Origin: Candidatus Latescibacterota bacterium
Lineage (GTDB): Bacteria > Latescibacterota > UBA2968 > UBA8231
DNA: 64,000 nucleotides
Assembly (NCBI GenBank): GCA_965203175.1
Contig: OZ241867.1
Location: forward strand, 960,001 to 1,024,000
Reading direction: 5' to 3'
Shown: one piece after another, positions 10,013-21,029 of the stretch
Numbering within the stretch: position 1 is the first letter of the stretch
Layout: each line of letters opens with the position of its first letter
Notes under the pieces: generated by a model
The model's input: the letters and a program-made list of their open reading frames with translations, nothing else
Database searches by the model: none
Told to the model about the DNA's origin: nothing
Position numbers and translations under genes: made by a program

Positions 10013-11720
10013 GTGGCCCATCCCTAGCCGCAGTAAAAATGCTCGCTTGATGACCTATTTCTTTTTTCGCCAGGCCGTCCTCTTCTCTTTCTCGCTGCTC
10101 GTCTTAGCGCTGCATCTATCGCCTAGCTATGCGCTCCGGCCCCAGCGATTTCACCAAGCATCCGAGCCTATCCGCGGGCTATTAGGCACTTCAATAGGCG
10201 ACATCGTCTGGAGCGGGCGCTATCTATGGGTCGGCACCGAGAGTGGAGTGGCGCGCCTCGATCCGGCGCTAAGTAACGGCGTTGAGGTCGTGGACTGGGT
10301 CACCTTTACCGAACTCAACGGCCTCGGCCGCGGCGCGATCAGCGCCCTCGACGCGGTCGGCGATACCGTGTGGGTAGCAACCCTGATCGATTCAGTCACC
10401 GCCGAACGAGGAGTGAAACAAGCGGGCACTGGATTGAGTTTTTCTCACGACGGCGGCGGCTCTTGGCACCACATTCCCAATGAGTTCATTTTCGACCTCA
10501 CCCAGGCTGGTTTTGAGCGCGGCCTCGGCCGCGGCGCGACCATCGACAATGCTTGTTTTGACATCTCCATCGACGGAGAGGCCGTGTACGCCGCCTTTTT
10601 CGCTGGCTCCACCGTGCGTTCGCTCGACCAAGGCCGCACTTGGGAACCCTTCTTGCCCGGCGGCGCAGACGAGATCGTCTTCTTCGCCAGTGACACGGCT
10701 GCCGACAGCTTGCGAATTGTGGCCGACAGTCTCGCAGGCGCAAACGCCGATCCAAATAACATCGCCCAGTTGCGCGCTGACGCCGACAGCTTGGCCAGCC
10801 AATCATTCCTGCACCGCACTTTTGCGGTTATCGCTCACGGGGACACGGTTTGGATCGGCACTTCCAGCGGAATCGCCTTCACCTTTGACGGAGGCCAACA
10901 TTGGCAAAATGCCAAAGTGCGCCTCGGCGCAGAGGGCACCCCCCTTCCTGGCCACCCGGCTGGCAATTGGGTCGTCGCACTCGAACGCCAAACCCTACCA
11001 GACGGCACCACGGCCATCTGGGCGGGAACCAACACCACTCCATCGCCCGGCCAAACCCAAGCCATCAGCGTCAGCCGCGACCTCGGCCAGACTTGGGGCC
11101 ACACTGGGCCGACTTTTGCCTGGGACTTTGCTTTTACCCCCAATTTTGTTTGGGCCGGCACCGACCTAGGGCTGCTAGCCAGCCCAGATCCAACCCTGCC
11201 GACCGATTCAGAACGGGTCTGGGACACCATAGACGTCGTCGATGGACAGCCCCTAACCGGCACCTTCGTCGGGCTTGCCGCAGTGGGCGATGTGCTTTGG
11301 GCCGGGGCCGAGCATGGCCTTGGGCGCTCCGAGGATGAGGGGAACACCTGGCGCGTCATCCGCGACCTGATCCGCACGCGCACGCTTGATGAAGGTACTT
11401 TTGTCAGAGCCGGAGGCGTGCCCGACAGCACGGCCCTCGCGTACGCAGCACCCAACCCTTTCGCCCCCTCGCGCGAAACGACGACCATCGTCTTTAGCTT
11501 GTCACAGGATGCAGAGATCTCTGTTGCGATTTACGACTTCGCTAGCGGCCTAGTCCGCAACCTTGCGACGGACGCGGCCTTTGCCGGCGGCGTCGATCAC
11601 CGCATCCTTTGGGATGGCCTCGACCAAGACGGCCAACTGGTAGCTAACGGGACGTACTTTTACCGCATTGCCCTAAACACCGGTCAACAGGCCTTTGGCA
11701 GAGTGGTGGTGCTCGATTGA
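10005..11720 (+). CDS. Secreted Asp-box/BNR beta-propeller protein with C-terminal FlgD-Ig-like domain
   Basis: Five Asp boxes (SHDGGGSW, SLDQGRTW, TFDGGQHW, SRDLGQTW, SEDEGNTW); tail APNPF..IYD..G.LVR..WDG.D..G.LVANGTYFYRI; true start may be 10050. Confidence 0.85.
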   Translation: MLEWPIPSRSKNARLMTYFFFRQAVLFSFSLLVLALHLSPSYALRPQRFHQASEPIRGLLGTSIGDIVWSGRYLWVGTESGVARLDPALSNGVEVVDWVTFTELNGLGRGAISALDAVGDTVWVATLIDSVTAERGVKQAGTGLSFSHDGGGSWHHIPNEFIFDLTQAGFERGLGRGATIDNACFDISIDGEAVYAAFFAGSTVRSLDQGRTWEPFLPGGADEIVFFASDTAADSLRIVADSLAGANADPNNIAQLRADADSLASQSFLHRTFAVIAHGDTVWIGTSSGIAFTFDGGQHWQNAKVRLGAEGTPLPGHPAGNWVVALERQTLPDGTTAIWAGTNTTPSPGQTQAISVSRDLGQTWGHTGPTFAWDFAFTPNFVWAGTDLGLLASPDPTLPTDSERVWDTIDVVDGQPLTGTFVGLAAVGDVLWAGAEHGLGRSEDEGNTWRVIRDLIRTRTLDEGTFVRAGGVPDSTALAYAAPNPFAPSRETTTIVFSLSQDAEISVAIYDFASGLVRNLATDAAFAGGVDHRILWDGLDQDGQLVANGTYFYRIALNTGQQAFGRVVVLD

Positions 11721-12631
11721 AAACGCTCTTCGCGCTATTGCTCGCCGCCTCCGCTGCGCACGGGGCCGATTTTGCCGCCGCCTTTCTCAGAACAGGGCTG
11801 GGTGCCCGCAGCCTAGGACTGGGAGCCTTTGTCGCCGCGGCCGACGATGCATCATCCCCCTACCGGAATCCAGCCGGCCTCGCTCGCCTGCGGGGCAAAA
11901 CCCTAGAAACCTCCATTCAGTCGCTCTCGCTGGGGCGACGGCAAGGTAGTGCCGCTATCGCGTTCAACATTCGTGGAGACATGGGCTTTGGCTTCGCTTG
12001 GTCGCATGCTACAGTCGGCGGGATCAAGGGCCGCACGGCTAGTGGCCAGTACACCGGGCCTATCGAGGACCGAGCGAACGCTTTTATCTTCGGAATAGGT
12101 AGCTCTCTTGGGTCGCGCTTCGCGGTTGGTTTAGCCGTTAAAGTCCTCAAGCAGAGTATCGACCTGCCCTTAGTTCCCACGGCCACGGCCAACGGCAGCG
12201 GCTTCGACGTAGGAATTCAGTTCCGCGCGGCCGAGCATACCTGGCTCGGTGCCAGCATATCCAATCTCAACGCCGACCTCGCTTGGAAGGTGCGCCATGC
12301 CGACCAGCGGTCGAATACCACTGAGAATGCCCTGCCGCGCACGCTCGTCTTTGGCGCGTCACAGCGATTTTTGGACGCCCTGCTGTTGGCCGCCGAGTTC
12401 CGCGCTGACGGAGAACAGAGCGTCAACCTCGGCGCCGAGTGGCAGCTAAATGCACTGCTCGTAATGCGCAGCGGTTTGCACCTCCTCGGCACCGAAGACG
12501 GGGGCCAACTCTCGGTCGGACTGACCTTGCAGCCGATGCACCGCGAGACCTTGCAATTCCAATACGCGTACTTAACCGATCCCCTCGGTGCTGGAGGACG
12601 CACGACCGTGGGCCTGGCGCTGGCGTTCTGA
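11717..12631 (+). CDS. PorV/PorQ-like outer-membrane beta-barrel
   Basis: Signal peptide, FLRTGLGARSLGLG, NPAGLA, alternating beta strands, terminal Phe. Confidence 0.8.
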   Translation: MKTLFALLLAASAAHGADFAAAFLRTGLGARSLGLGAFVAAADDASSPYRNPAGLARLRGKTLETSIQSLSLGRRQGSAAIAFNIRGDMGFGFAWSHATVGGIKGRTASGQYTGPIEDRANAFIFGIGSSLGSRFAVGLAVKVLKQSIDLPLVPTATANGSGFDVGIQFRAAEHTWLGASISNLNADLAWKVRHADQRSNTTENALPRTLVFGASQRFLDALLLAAEFRADGEQSVNLGAEWQLNALLVMRSGLHLLGTEDGGQLSVGLTLQPMHRETLQFQYAYLTDPLGAGGRTTVGLALAF

Positions 12632-12637
12632 GAAGCG

Positions 12638-13492
12638 ATGGCTTTCCTCTTGGTCGCACTTTTGACGCTGCCAGCGGTCCTTAGTGCCGCTGGTCTGCCC
12701 GCGCTACGCCAAGGTGGCGGGGCCCGCGCTGCGGCCTTGGCCAGCGCGGAGACTGCCCTGTTTGCCTCTCAAGCCCTCAACCCAGCGGCTCGGCAATCGC
12801 GTGGGCGCAACATCGCCTTTAACCACCAAGCCTCTATCCAGAATATCCGCCAGAACCACCTGCACCTGACGCAGACCCGCGGCCGCGGTACCTGGGGGCT
12901 TTCCGCCCAACTGTTACACGACGACAACCTAGAGCACCGCATCGGCCCCTCAACTGAGCCACTGGGGCACTTTGGCGTGTACGAGGGAGCGGTCGGCCTG
13001 AGCTACGCCCGCCAGATGGAGCGGACGCGCCTCGGCTTGCAGCTAAAATTCATCCGCCAGTCCATTTTGACCCAAAACGCCAGCGGCCTAGCCGCCGACT
13101 TCGGGCTGGTGTACGATGTCGCGGCCCGCTTGCGCTTGGGGGCCACGGTGCGCAACTTGGGCCGCATGAACCGCCTCGACCAACGGGAGACTGACCTGCC
13201 CTTAGAAGCTCGTTTCGGCGCCGCCTATACCGGACGTGCAGACATGCTCGTGGCCGTCGAAGTGCAAAAGGTCCGCGACGACGATCTCACGCTGCATCTG
13301 GGCGGCGAGTACCGGGCCAGCGAGCACTTGCGCCTGCGCGCGGGTTACCAGACCACTGAAAACCACGGCCTCTCGGCCGGGCTTGGCCTAGTGGCCAAGC
13401 ACTGGGTCATCGACTACGCCTATGTGCCTTTTGGCTCAGGCTTGGGCGACGCGCACTGGCTCAGCCTCCAGCTAGAAAGCACAACCCCTTGA
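12638..13492 (+). CDS. Second PorV/PorQ-like outer-membrane beta-barrel
   Basis: GARAAALASA, LNPAA, ADFG, VRNLG, LRAGY, IDYAYVPFGSGLG. Confidence 0.8.
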   Translation: MAFLLVALLTLPAVLSAAGLPALRQGGGARAAALASAETALFASQALNPAARQSRGRNIAFNHQASIQNIRQNHLHLTQTRGRGTWGLSAQLLHDDNLEHRIGPSTEPLGHFGVYEGAVGLSYARQMERTRLGLQLKFIRQSILTQNASGLAADFGLVYDVAARLRLGATVRNLGRMNRLDQRETDLPLEARFGAAYTGRADMLVAVEVQKVRDDDLTLHLGGEYRASEHLRLRAGYQTTENHGLSAGLGLVAKHWVIDYAYVPFGSGLGDAHWLSLQLESTTP

Positions 13493-14454
13493 ACTTCTGG
13501 CGCAAAACAGTGTCGCCGGTGGTGCCGCCAACCCCATCAATCCCGACCTCGCTCCCGGCCCAGCACGCCAACTCCTCGCGCTTATGGGTCCACATACTGC
13601 TGTTTTTATGTACCATTGCTTCGACTGCGATCGCCGGTGCTATGCAGCAAGGAGTTGACCCACTGACCAGCATCGCGGCCTTGGTTCACCTCGTCGAGGG
13701 TCTCCCTTTTGCCGCGACTTTGCTCTTTATTCTCACAGTCCATGAATTCGGCCATTACTTTGCTGCGCGCCGCTGGGGAGTCAGGGCCTCGCTGCCTTAC
13801 TTTCTCCCCCTGCCCTATGTTTCCTTCCTCGGAACCTTGGGCGCGGTCATCAAAATTCGCTCTCCCATCCCCAACAAGTGCGCCCTTCTCGACATTGGTG
13901 CCGCTGGCCCCCTAGCGGGCTTTGTCGTCGCCCTCGCAGCCTGCTTTGCCGGGCTCTCGCGCTCGGCCGTGGTCTCGGCGGATTACTTTCACGCTTCCCC
14001 CATCGAATTAGGGGCACCCTTGCTCTTTTCCGGCATCGCCGCTCTCGTCTTGCCCGCCATTGGGCCGGACCAAATAATTCTCTTAGACCCGGTGGCTTTT
14101 GCCGGTTGGGTCGGGCTGTTTATTACGGCTTTCAACCTCTTTCCCATTGGCCAACTCGACGGCGGCCATATCGCGTACGCGCTCTTTGGTCACCGCCACC
14201 GACAGATCGCCCGCACGGCTTACGTGGCTTTGTTGTTCCTGGGAATTTACGGGGTTCTATCGCTGCTGTGGGAGTGGCCCCAGGGATGGCCGGGGTGGCT
14301 CGCACTGGCCTTTTTTCTCGCGCTTTTTGGCAAGGATCACCCGGCTCCCTACGACCCCTTTATCTCGCTGGGCCGCGGCCGGTGCTTCATCGGCTACCTC
14401 TGCCTACTGGTCTTTGTCCTCTGTTTCGCTCCCGTGCCTTTTGTCACCTACTGA
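13489..14454 (+). CDS. Site-2 protease, peptidase M50
   Basis: HEFGH, AGPLAG, NLFPIGQLDGG in multi-TM protein. Confidence 0.93.
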   Translation: MNFWRKTVSPVVPPTPSIPTSLPAQHANSSRLWVHILLFLCTIASTAIAGAMQQGVDPLTSIAALVHLVEGLPFAATLLFILTVHEFGHYFAARRWGVRASLPYFLPLPYVSFLGTLGAVIKIRSPIPNKCALLDIGAAGPLAGFVVALAACFAGLSRSAVVSADYFHASPIELGAPLLFSGIAALVLPAIGPDQIILLDPVAFAGWVGLFITAFNLFPIGQLDGGHIAYALFGHRHRQIARTAYVALLFLGIYGVLSLLWEWPQGWPGWLALAFFLALFGKDHPAPYDPFISLGRGRCFIGYLCLLVFVLCFAPVPFVTY

Positions 14455-14462
14455 GCTGCGCC

Positions 14463-15212
14463 ATGCTCTCGTTTCTACCATTTCTGCTCGCAGCGCTGTT
14501 GACTGGCTGCGCCCTAGGCGACACCGAACAAGTGGATTGTCGCTGTGCGCCCGACACAAGTATCGATCTTTTTCCCCATTGCGACGACGCGGTCGAGGAG
14601 CGCCCCGACCCTAAGACCCCGCTATCGACCCAGCTTCCCGACTGCCCCAGCGGCCAACAACTCTTCCTGCCCGAACGCACAAAACCCGTGTCTGTGCTGC
14701 GCAATCTCGAATCCATCTTCCAAGCCCAACCCGAGTTCCGCAGCCCCCAACAGTACATGGAGCAGTTCACCGAGGACTTTGTCTTCAGCCCCGACCCCGA
14801 CGATGTGCAGCTATACCCAGATGTCTACAACGTCAATCGCGATCCCGTCTGGGGGGCGGCAGAAGAGCGCAACTTCGCCCGCCTCATTCTCTCACCGGAG
14901 CGGCTTCATAGCGCGCGCTTTGTGCGCTGGTTCAATTCGTCCAAAGACGAGCGAGAACTCTCCGACGACCAACTGCGCGAGACCTTCAAATTTCCCTACG
15001 AAGCCGAGTTCATCGAGATAATCAGCTCGGCCGGGGGAGATTCCGAGGAACCGGAGTTCAACACAATTGGCGTCAAAGGCTTTGTGGAAATCGACTTGGT
15101 GACGCCAACGCTGGAAAATCCCGTGTGGTCGATCGCGGAGTGGCGCGATCGGCGCGATCAAGCCTCGGCCAAGTTTTCTTGGGGGGAGTTGCGGGCGCTC
15201 TTTTCGCAGTGA
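14463..15212 (+). CDS. Hypothetical lipoprotein (possible NTF2-like fold)
   Basis: ATG 14463 gives MLSFLPFLLAALLTGC lipobox; ends SWGELRALFSQ. Confidence 0.8.
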   Translation: MLSFLPFLLAALLTGCALGDTEQVDCRCAPDTSIDLFPHCDDAVEERPDPKTPLSTQLPDCPSGQQLFLPERTKPVSVLRNLESIFQAQPEFRSPQQYMEQFTEDFVFSPDPDDVQLYPDVYNVNRDPVWGAAEERNFARLILSPERLHSARFVRWFNSSKDERELSDDQLRETFKFPYEAEFIEIISSAGGDSEEPEFNTIGVKGFVEIDLVTPTLENPVWSIAEWRDRRDQASAKFSWGELRALFSQ

Positions 15213-15216
15213 CTTT

Positions 15217-15245
15217 TTGATAATTGCCTCTCTGATTTGTATCTT
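15217..15245 (+). promoter_or_regulatory. Putative sigma70 promoter
   Basis: TTGATA-N17-TATCTT, then GGAGG before GTG 15287. Confidence 0.45.
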
Positions 15246-15286
15246 AAAGGATAGTTTTTGCACGACACCAACCCGGAGGTACGATC

Positions 15287-15961
15287 GTGAAATCATTCGC
15301 CCTCTTAATCATCTGCGGCCTCCTCGCCTTGAGCGCCTGCGGCGGCAACCCCTTTGCACCCCCGACGCAGAACCGCACGGAAATAGAGCCGTCGGCCCCG
15401 CCCGCTCCCGACGCCATATCTCCTGAGATCCTCCGCGACAACCTCGCTCGCGCCATGCGCACCCGCGACAAGGAACTTTACGAGGCCTCGCTCGACAAAG
15501 ACTTCTTGTTTACCGAATGGGATTGCTTAGGAGAAGCGGCGTACCACTACGACTTGGAAGTCGAATTGGCGATCATGGTCGGCAGCCGCGATGGTTCGCA
15601 GCCGGGCATCTTCGACAGATTCCGCCTTTTTGACTACGACTTTGAGGTCCTCCGCCGCGATCCAGAACTCGGCTCCGATCACCCGGAAAACTATCCCGGA
15701 GACCCCGACGGCCACCCGGACGAAGACTGGGAGGTCTTCTATGGCCGAGTCCAAATGCGCTTGCTCGACGACGATGGCAATGGCTTTCGCGTAGATCAGA
15801 ATATGACCCACAAGCTCCGCCGCGACCCAGACGACGGCTTGTGGAGAGTCGTCCGCTGGGTGGACGATGCCTTGTCGGGGTCGGGGGACTGCGGCGGTGC
15901 GGGCAAACACTCGGCAAACGTCTTTAGCTGGGCGGCACTAAAGCAAAAAATCGCGCCCTGA
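15287..15961 (+). CDS. Hypothetical lipoprotein, probable distant paralog of 14463-15212
   Basis: Lipobox LSAC; shared NL...Y..(F/L)..DF.F and W.(I/V)..W.D motifs; ends SWAALKQKIAP. Confidence 0.8.
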   Translation: MKSFALLIICGLLALSACGGNPFAPPTQNRTEIEPSAPPAPDAISPEILRDNLARAMRTRDKELYEASLDKDFLFTEWDCLGEAAYHYDLEVELAIMVGSRDGSQPGIFDRFRLFDYDFEVLRRDPELGSDHPENYPGDPDGHPDEDWEVFYGRVQMRLLDDDGNGFRVDQNMTHKLRRDPDDGLWRVVRWVDDALSGSGDCGGAGKHSANVFSWAALKQKIAP

Positions 15962-15965
15962 GCCA

Positions 15966-18229
<2,264 letters not shown>

Positions 18230-18238
18230 AGGATCGAC

Positions 18239-18802
18239 TCAGGCCGCTTGATCGCAGGGCGCGCAGACTAGGGCGAAACGCCGTGCACCGCCTACGTCGA
18301 GTTCGGTGGCAAAGTCCTTCTTGACCGGCACGGATTGCTCGCCGCAAAAATCGCACTTGCCGCGCTCTGCGTAATCGGAAATCGCCCCTATCTCAAACTC
18401 GACCTGTTTGCGCTTTTCGCGCCCTTGGGAAAACAGCCGCGCAAAATTGAGTACTTGCTTGTCGGTCTCGCGCTCCAAGGTCCGCTCTATGATCTCGTCG
18501 AGCGCTGGGTCGTCGGGTTTGCCGCCGTCTTCGAGCGTGTGCCAAGCAGCGCGGCGCACTCGCGCATCTTGGTCTTCGAGCATTCGATAAAGCGCCTTCC
18601 AGACCTCGTCTATGCTCCGACGCACGTGACAGGGGCACAAAAAGGACGCCGCCTGTAGGCGATATTCTGGATCGGCACTGCGCGACATCTGCAACAGCTC
18701 TTGAATTTCTTCGCGCCCCACGCGCTGCTCGCCTTGGCGGAAAGCCGCCCGCTGATACTTGTTCAGTCCCTGGGGCCGCGCCTTGCGTCGCTTTCTGCTC
18801 AT
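18239..18802 (-). CDS. HEAT-repeat protein with C-terminal CxxC..CxxC motif
   Basis: LEDQDARVRRAAWHTL HEAT-like unit, CPCH, CDFC...CAPC; AGGAG 8 nt before ATG 18802. Confidence 0.75.
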   Translation of the reverse strand: MSRKRRKARPQGLNKYQRAAFRQGEQRVGREEIQELLQMSRSADPEYRLQAASFLCPCHVRRSIDEVWKALYRMLEDQDARVRRAAWHTLEDGGKPDDPALDEIIERTLERETDKQVLNFARLFSQGREKRKQVEFEIGAISDYAERGKCDFCGEQSVPVKKDFATELDVGGARRFALVCAPCDQAA

Positions 18803-18835
18803 GTCCAATTCTCCTGTCTCAACCTTGTCATCATC

Positions 18836-18865
18836 ATCTTAATGGCAAGAGTGCTGCAATGTCAA
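18836..18865 (-). promoter_or_regulatory. Putative sigma70 promoter of the HEAT-repeat gene
   Basis: Minus strand TTGACA-N18-TAAGAT. Confidence 0.5.
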
Positions 18866-18876
18866 AGGCAAAGGGT

Positions 18877-18905
18877 TTGACAGAGACATTCCCGCCTCGT
18901 ACTCT
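18877..18905 (+). promoter_or_regulatory. Orphan sigma70-like promoter pointing antisense into purF
   Basis: TTGACA-N17-TACTCT; no plus-strand gene until yajC at 20691. Confidence 0.5.
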
Positions 18906-18926
18906 GAACGCTTTACCGGAAAAAAT

Positions 18927-18957
18927 AAAAAACCGCCGACCAATAGCCGACGGTTTT
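18927..18957 (-). terminator. Intrinsic terminator of purF
   Basis: Minus strand AAAACCGTCGGC-tattg-GTCGGCGGTTTTTT, GU-containing stem plus U run. Confidence 0.7.
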
Positions 18958-18976
18958 CCCTGCCATCATTAAACCT

Positions 18977-20551
18977 CTATCCATAGGTCCTCCCCTTCAC
19001 TCCTTTCTTCACATTTCGCTTCGCCTTCCGCAACAACCGGCCTCCCCACTCCGTCGGATATCTGCCCGTCACGCATCCCAAGCACAACTCCCCCTCATCA
19101 CACCCTATTGTCTCCGCCAAATCCGCCACGTCCAAATAGCGCAGACTGTCCACCCCCAAGGCCCTCGCCATCTCCGCAAGCGTCTCGTTTCTAATCCGTC
19201 CCCCACGTCGCCCCTTGAGGAACTCCGGCGCGAACAACTCGCCTAGTGTCGACATGTCGATGCCGTAAAAACACGGCGCGACGATCGGCGGACAAGCCAC
19301 CCGCACGTGTACCTCACGCACTCTGCCGCGCGATCTGAGCTGGCTCGCCAGAGTCTTGAGCGTCAGCGAGCGCACGATCGAATCCTCGACCAGAAAGACC
19401 CGTTTGCCTTCCAGCACCGAAGGCAAGGGCGTGTATTTGCTCTGGGCACTCTGCTGCCGTACTGCGTCGGGCTGGATAAAGGTGCGTCCCACGTAGCGGT
19501 TGCGAATCAGTCCCTCCATGCAAGGAATCCCGAGGTGATAAGCGAAGGCGTCGCCCGCCGCCTTCGCAGTATCGGGCACCGGCACCACCACGCTGTCGCC
19601 ATCAATGGGTTGGTCTTCGCATGCAGCTAACCGCTCGCCCGCTGCCGCCCGCGACTGGTAAACGCCCATCCCATCGATCTGACTGGCGACGTTCGAGAAA
19701 TAGACCCACTCTAAAAAGCAGCGAGCATTTTGCTGGACCGGCGCATAGCGCACGATGCGTAGGCGGCCATCCTCGACAACGGCCATCTGCCCCGGCTCCA
19801 ATGCGCGGATATCCTCGAAGCCCGCATTGGTCAACGCCACCGACTCGCTCGCCGCACCAAAGAGTTGCCCTTGGACCGCCCAGTGCATCGGACGGATCCC
19901 CATCGGGTCGCGGGCGACGAACATCCGCCCCAGCGCGTCGAGAAAGGCGATGTTATAAGCCCCATCGAACATCGCCGCCGCCTCGCCCATCACCCGCTTG
20001 AGCGAGGGCTTGCGCTCGCCGCGCAGGCCGTGCGCTAGGGCGTGCATGATGATCTCGGTATCGGTGCCCAGCGAGAAGTGGTAGCCGCGATCGTCCTGTA
20101 GCTGGCGCTTCATTTCGGCGTAATTGGCCAACTGGCCGTTGAAGGCAAAACTGAACCACTTCCAAGGGCGGGCATGATGGCGCTCGAAGGGCTGGGCGTA
20201 GCGGGAGTCGGCGGCACCGGAGGTAGCATAGCGAGTGTGGCCAATGCCGGCGCGGCCGGCATATTCGCCAAGGATCGACCGGTGCTTGCCCGGATGCGAA
20301 GTGCGAAAAACCTCGGAGACGGTACCGACGTCTTTATAGGTGTCGAGGAGCTGAGCGCGGCCGGGATCAAAGGTGCTGAAACCAGAGGCCAGTTGGCCGC
20401 GGTTTTGCAGGTCGAGAAGCATCCCTGGCAAGATCGGTACCACATCTACCCACTTGTCGTTTTTGCCTCTGCGACCATTGGTCCCCGCCGGGGCTTGGTC
20501 CAACCAGTATAGCGCGACCACACCGCATTCGTGCCGCAGGTCTTCGCTCAT
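18977..20551 (-). CDS. purF: Amidophosphoribosyltransferase
   Basis: HECGVV Ntn nucleophile Cys, QNRGQ, GHTRYATSG, VPVPD, RNRYVGRTFIQP, VEDSIVR, PCFYGIDM, CLGC; GGAGG before ATG 20551. Confidence 0.96.
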   Translation of the reverse strand: MSEDLRHECGVVALYWLDQAPAGTNGRRGKNDKWVDVVPILPGMLLDLQNRGQLASGFSTFDPGRAQLLDTYKDVGTVSEVFRTSHPGKHRSILGEYAGRAGIGHTRYATSGAADSRYAQPFERHHARPWKWFSFAFNGQLANYAEMKRQLQDDRGYHFSLGTDTEIIMHALAHGLRGERKPSLKRVMGEAAAMFDGAYNIAFLDALGRMFVARDPMGIRPMHWAVQGQLFGAASESVALTNAGFEDIRALEPGQMAVVEDGRLRIVRYAPVQQNARCFLEWVYFSNVASQIDGMGVYQSRAAAGERLAACEDQPIDGDSVVVPVPDTAKAAGDAFAYHLGIPCMEGLIRNRYVGRTFIQPDAVRQQSAQSKYTPLPSVLEGKRVFLVEDSIVRSLTLKTLASQLRSRGRVREVHVRVACPPIVAPCFYGIDMSTLGELFAPEFLKGRRGGRIRNETLAEMARALGVDSLRYLDVADLAETIGCDEGELCLGCVTGRYPTEWGGRLLRKAKRNVKKGVKGRTYG

Positions 20552-20690
20552 TAAATACAAGCCTCCGCGATGGGGTTTGCTGATAATATAAAATAAGTGG
20601 TCTCGGCATACCATCTATGCCGGTATTACTCAGTACGGGGATTTTTGTTAGATTTCTTAGAGCTTTTACTCTACCGAAAGGAATTGATCC

Positions 20691-21029
20691 GTGTTCGATC
20701 TCATTTCCACTGCCTACGCTATGGGGGGGGGCACCGAGGGCAGCCAACAGCCCAACCCCATCGCCTCGCTCCTGCCCTTTGTGCTGATGTTCTTGGTTCT
20801 CTACCTCTTGATATTGAGGCCGCAGATGAGGAAGCAGAGAAACCAACAGCGGATGATCGACGAACTCGAAAAAAATGATGAAATCGTCACCAGCGGCGGG
20901 ATCCACGGCACCATTCTCAACATCAAAGACGACATCCTCGTGGTCAAAATCGCCGACAACGTCAAGATCGAGGTTTCGCGGGCGGCCGTCTCGCGGGTAA
21001 AAAACAAAGAAGACGACAAGGGGAAGTAG
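20691..21029 (+). CDS. yajC: Preprotein translocase subunit YajC
   Basis: YLLILRPQMRKQR, DEIVTSGGIHG, single TM. Confidence 0.96.
   Translation: MFDLISTAYAMGGGTEGSQQPNPIASLLPFVLMFLVLYLLILRPQMRKQRNQQRMIDELEKNDEIVTSGGIHGTILNIKDDILVVKIADNVKIEVSRAAVSRVKNKEDDKGK

Noticed and set aside
20563-20600. Fluoride-riboswitch-like GCGATGGGGTTTGC
   Set aside because: Downstream conserved elements are missing and the segment abuts the purF RBS on the other strand.
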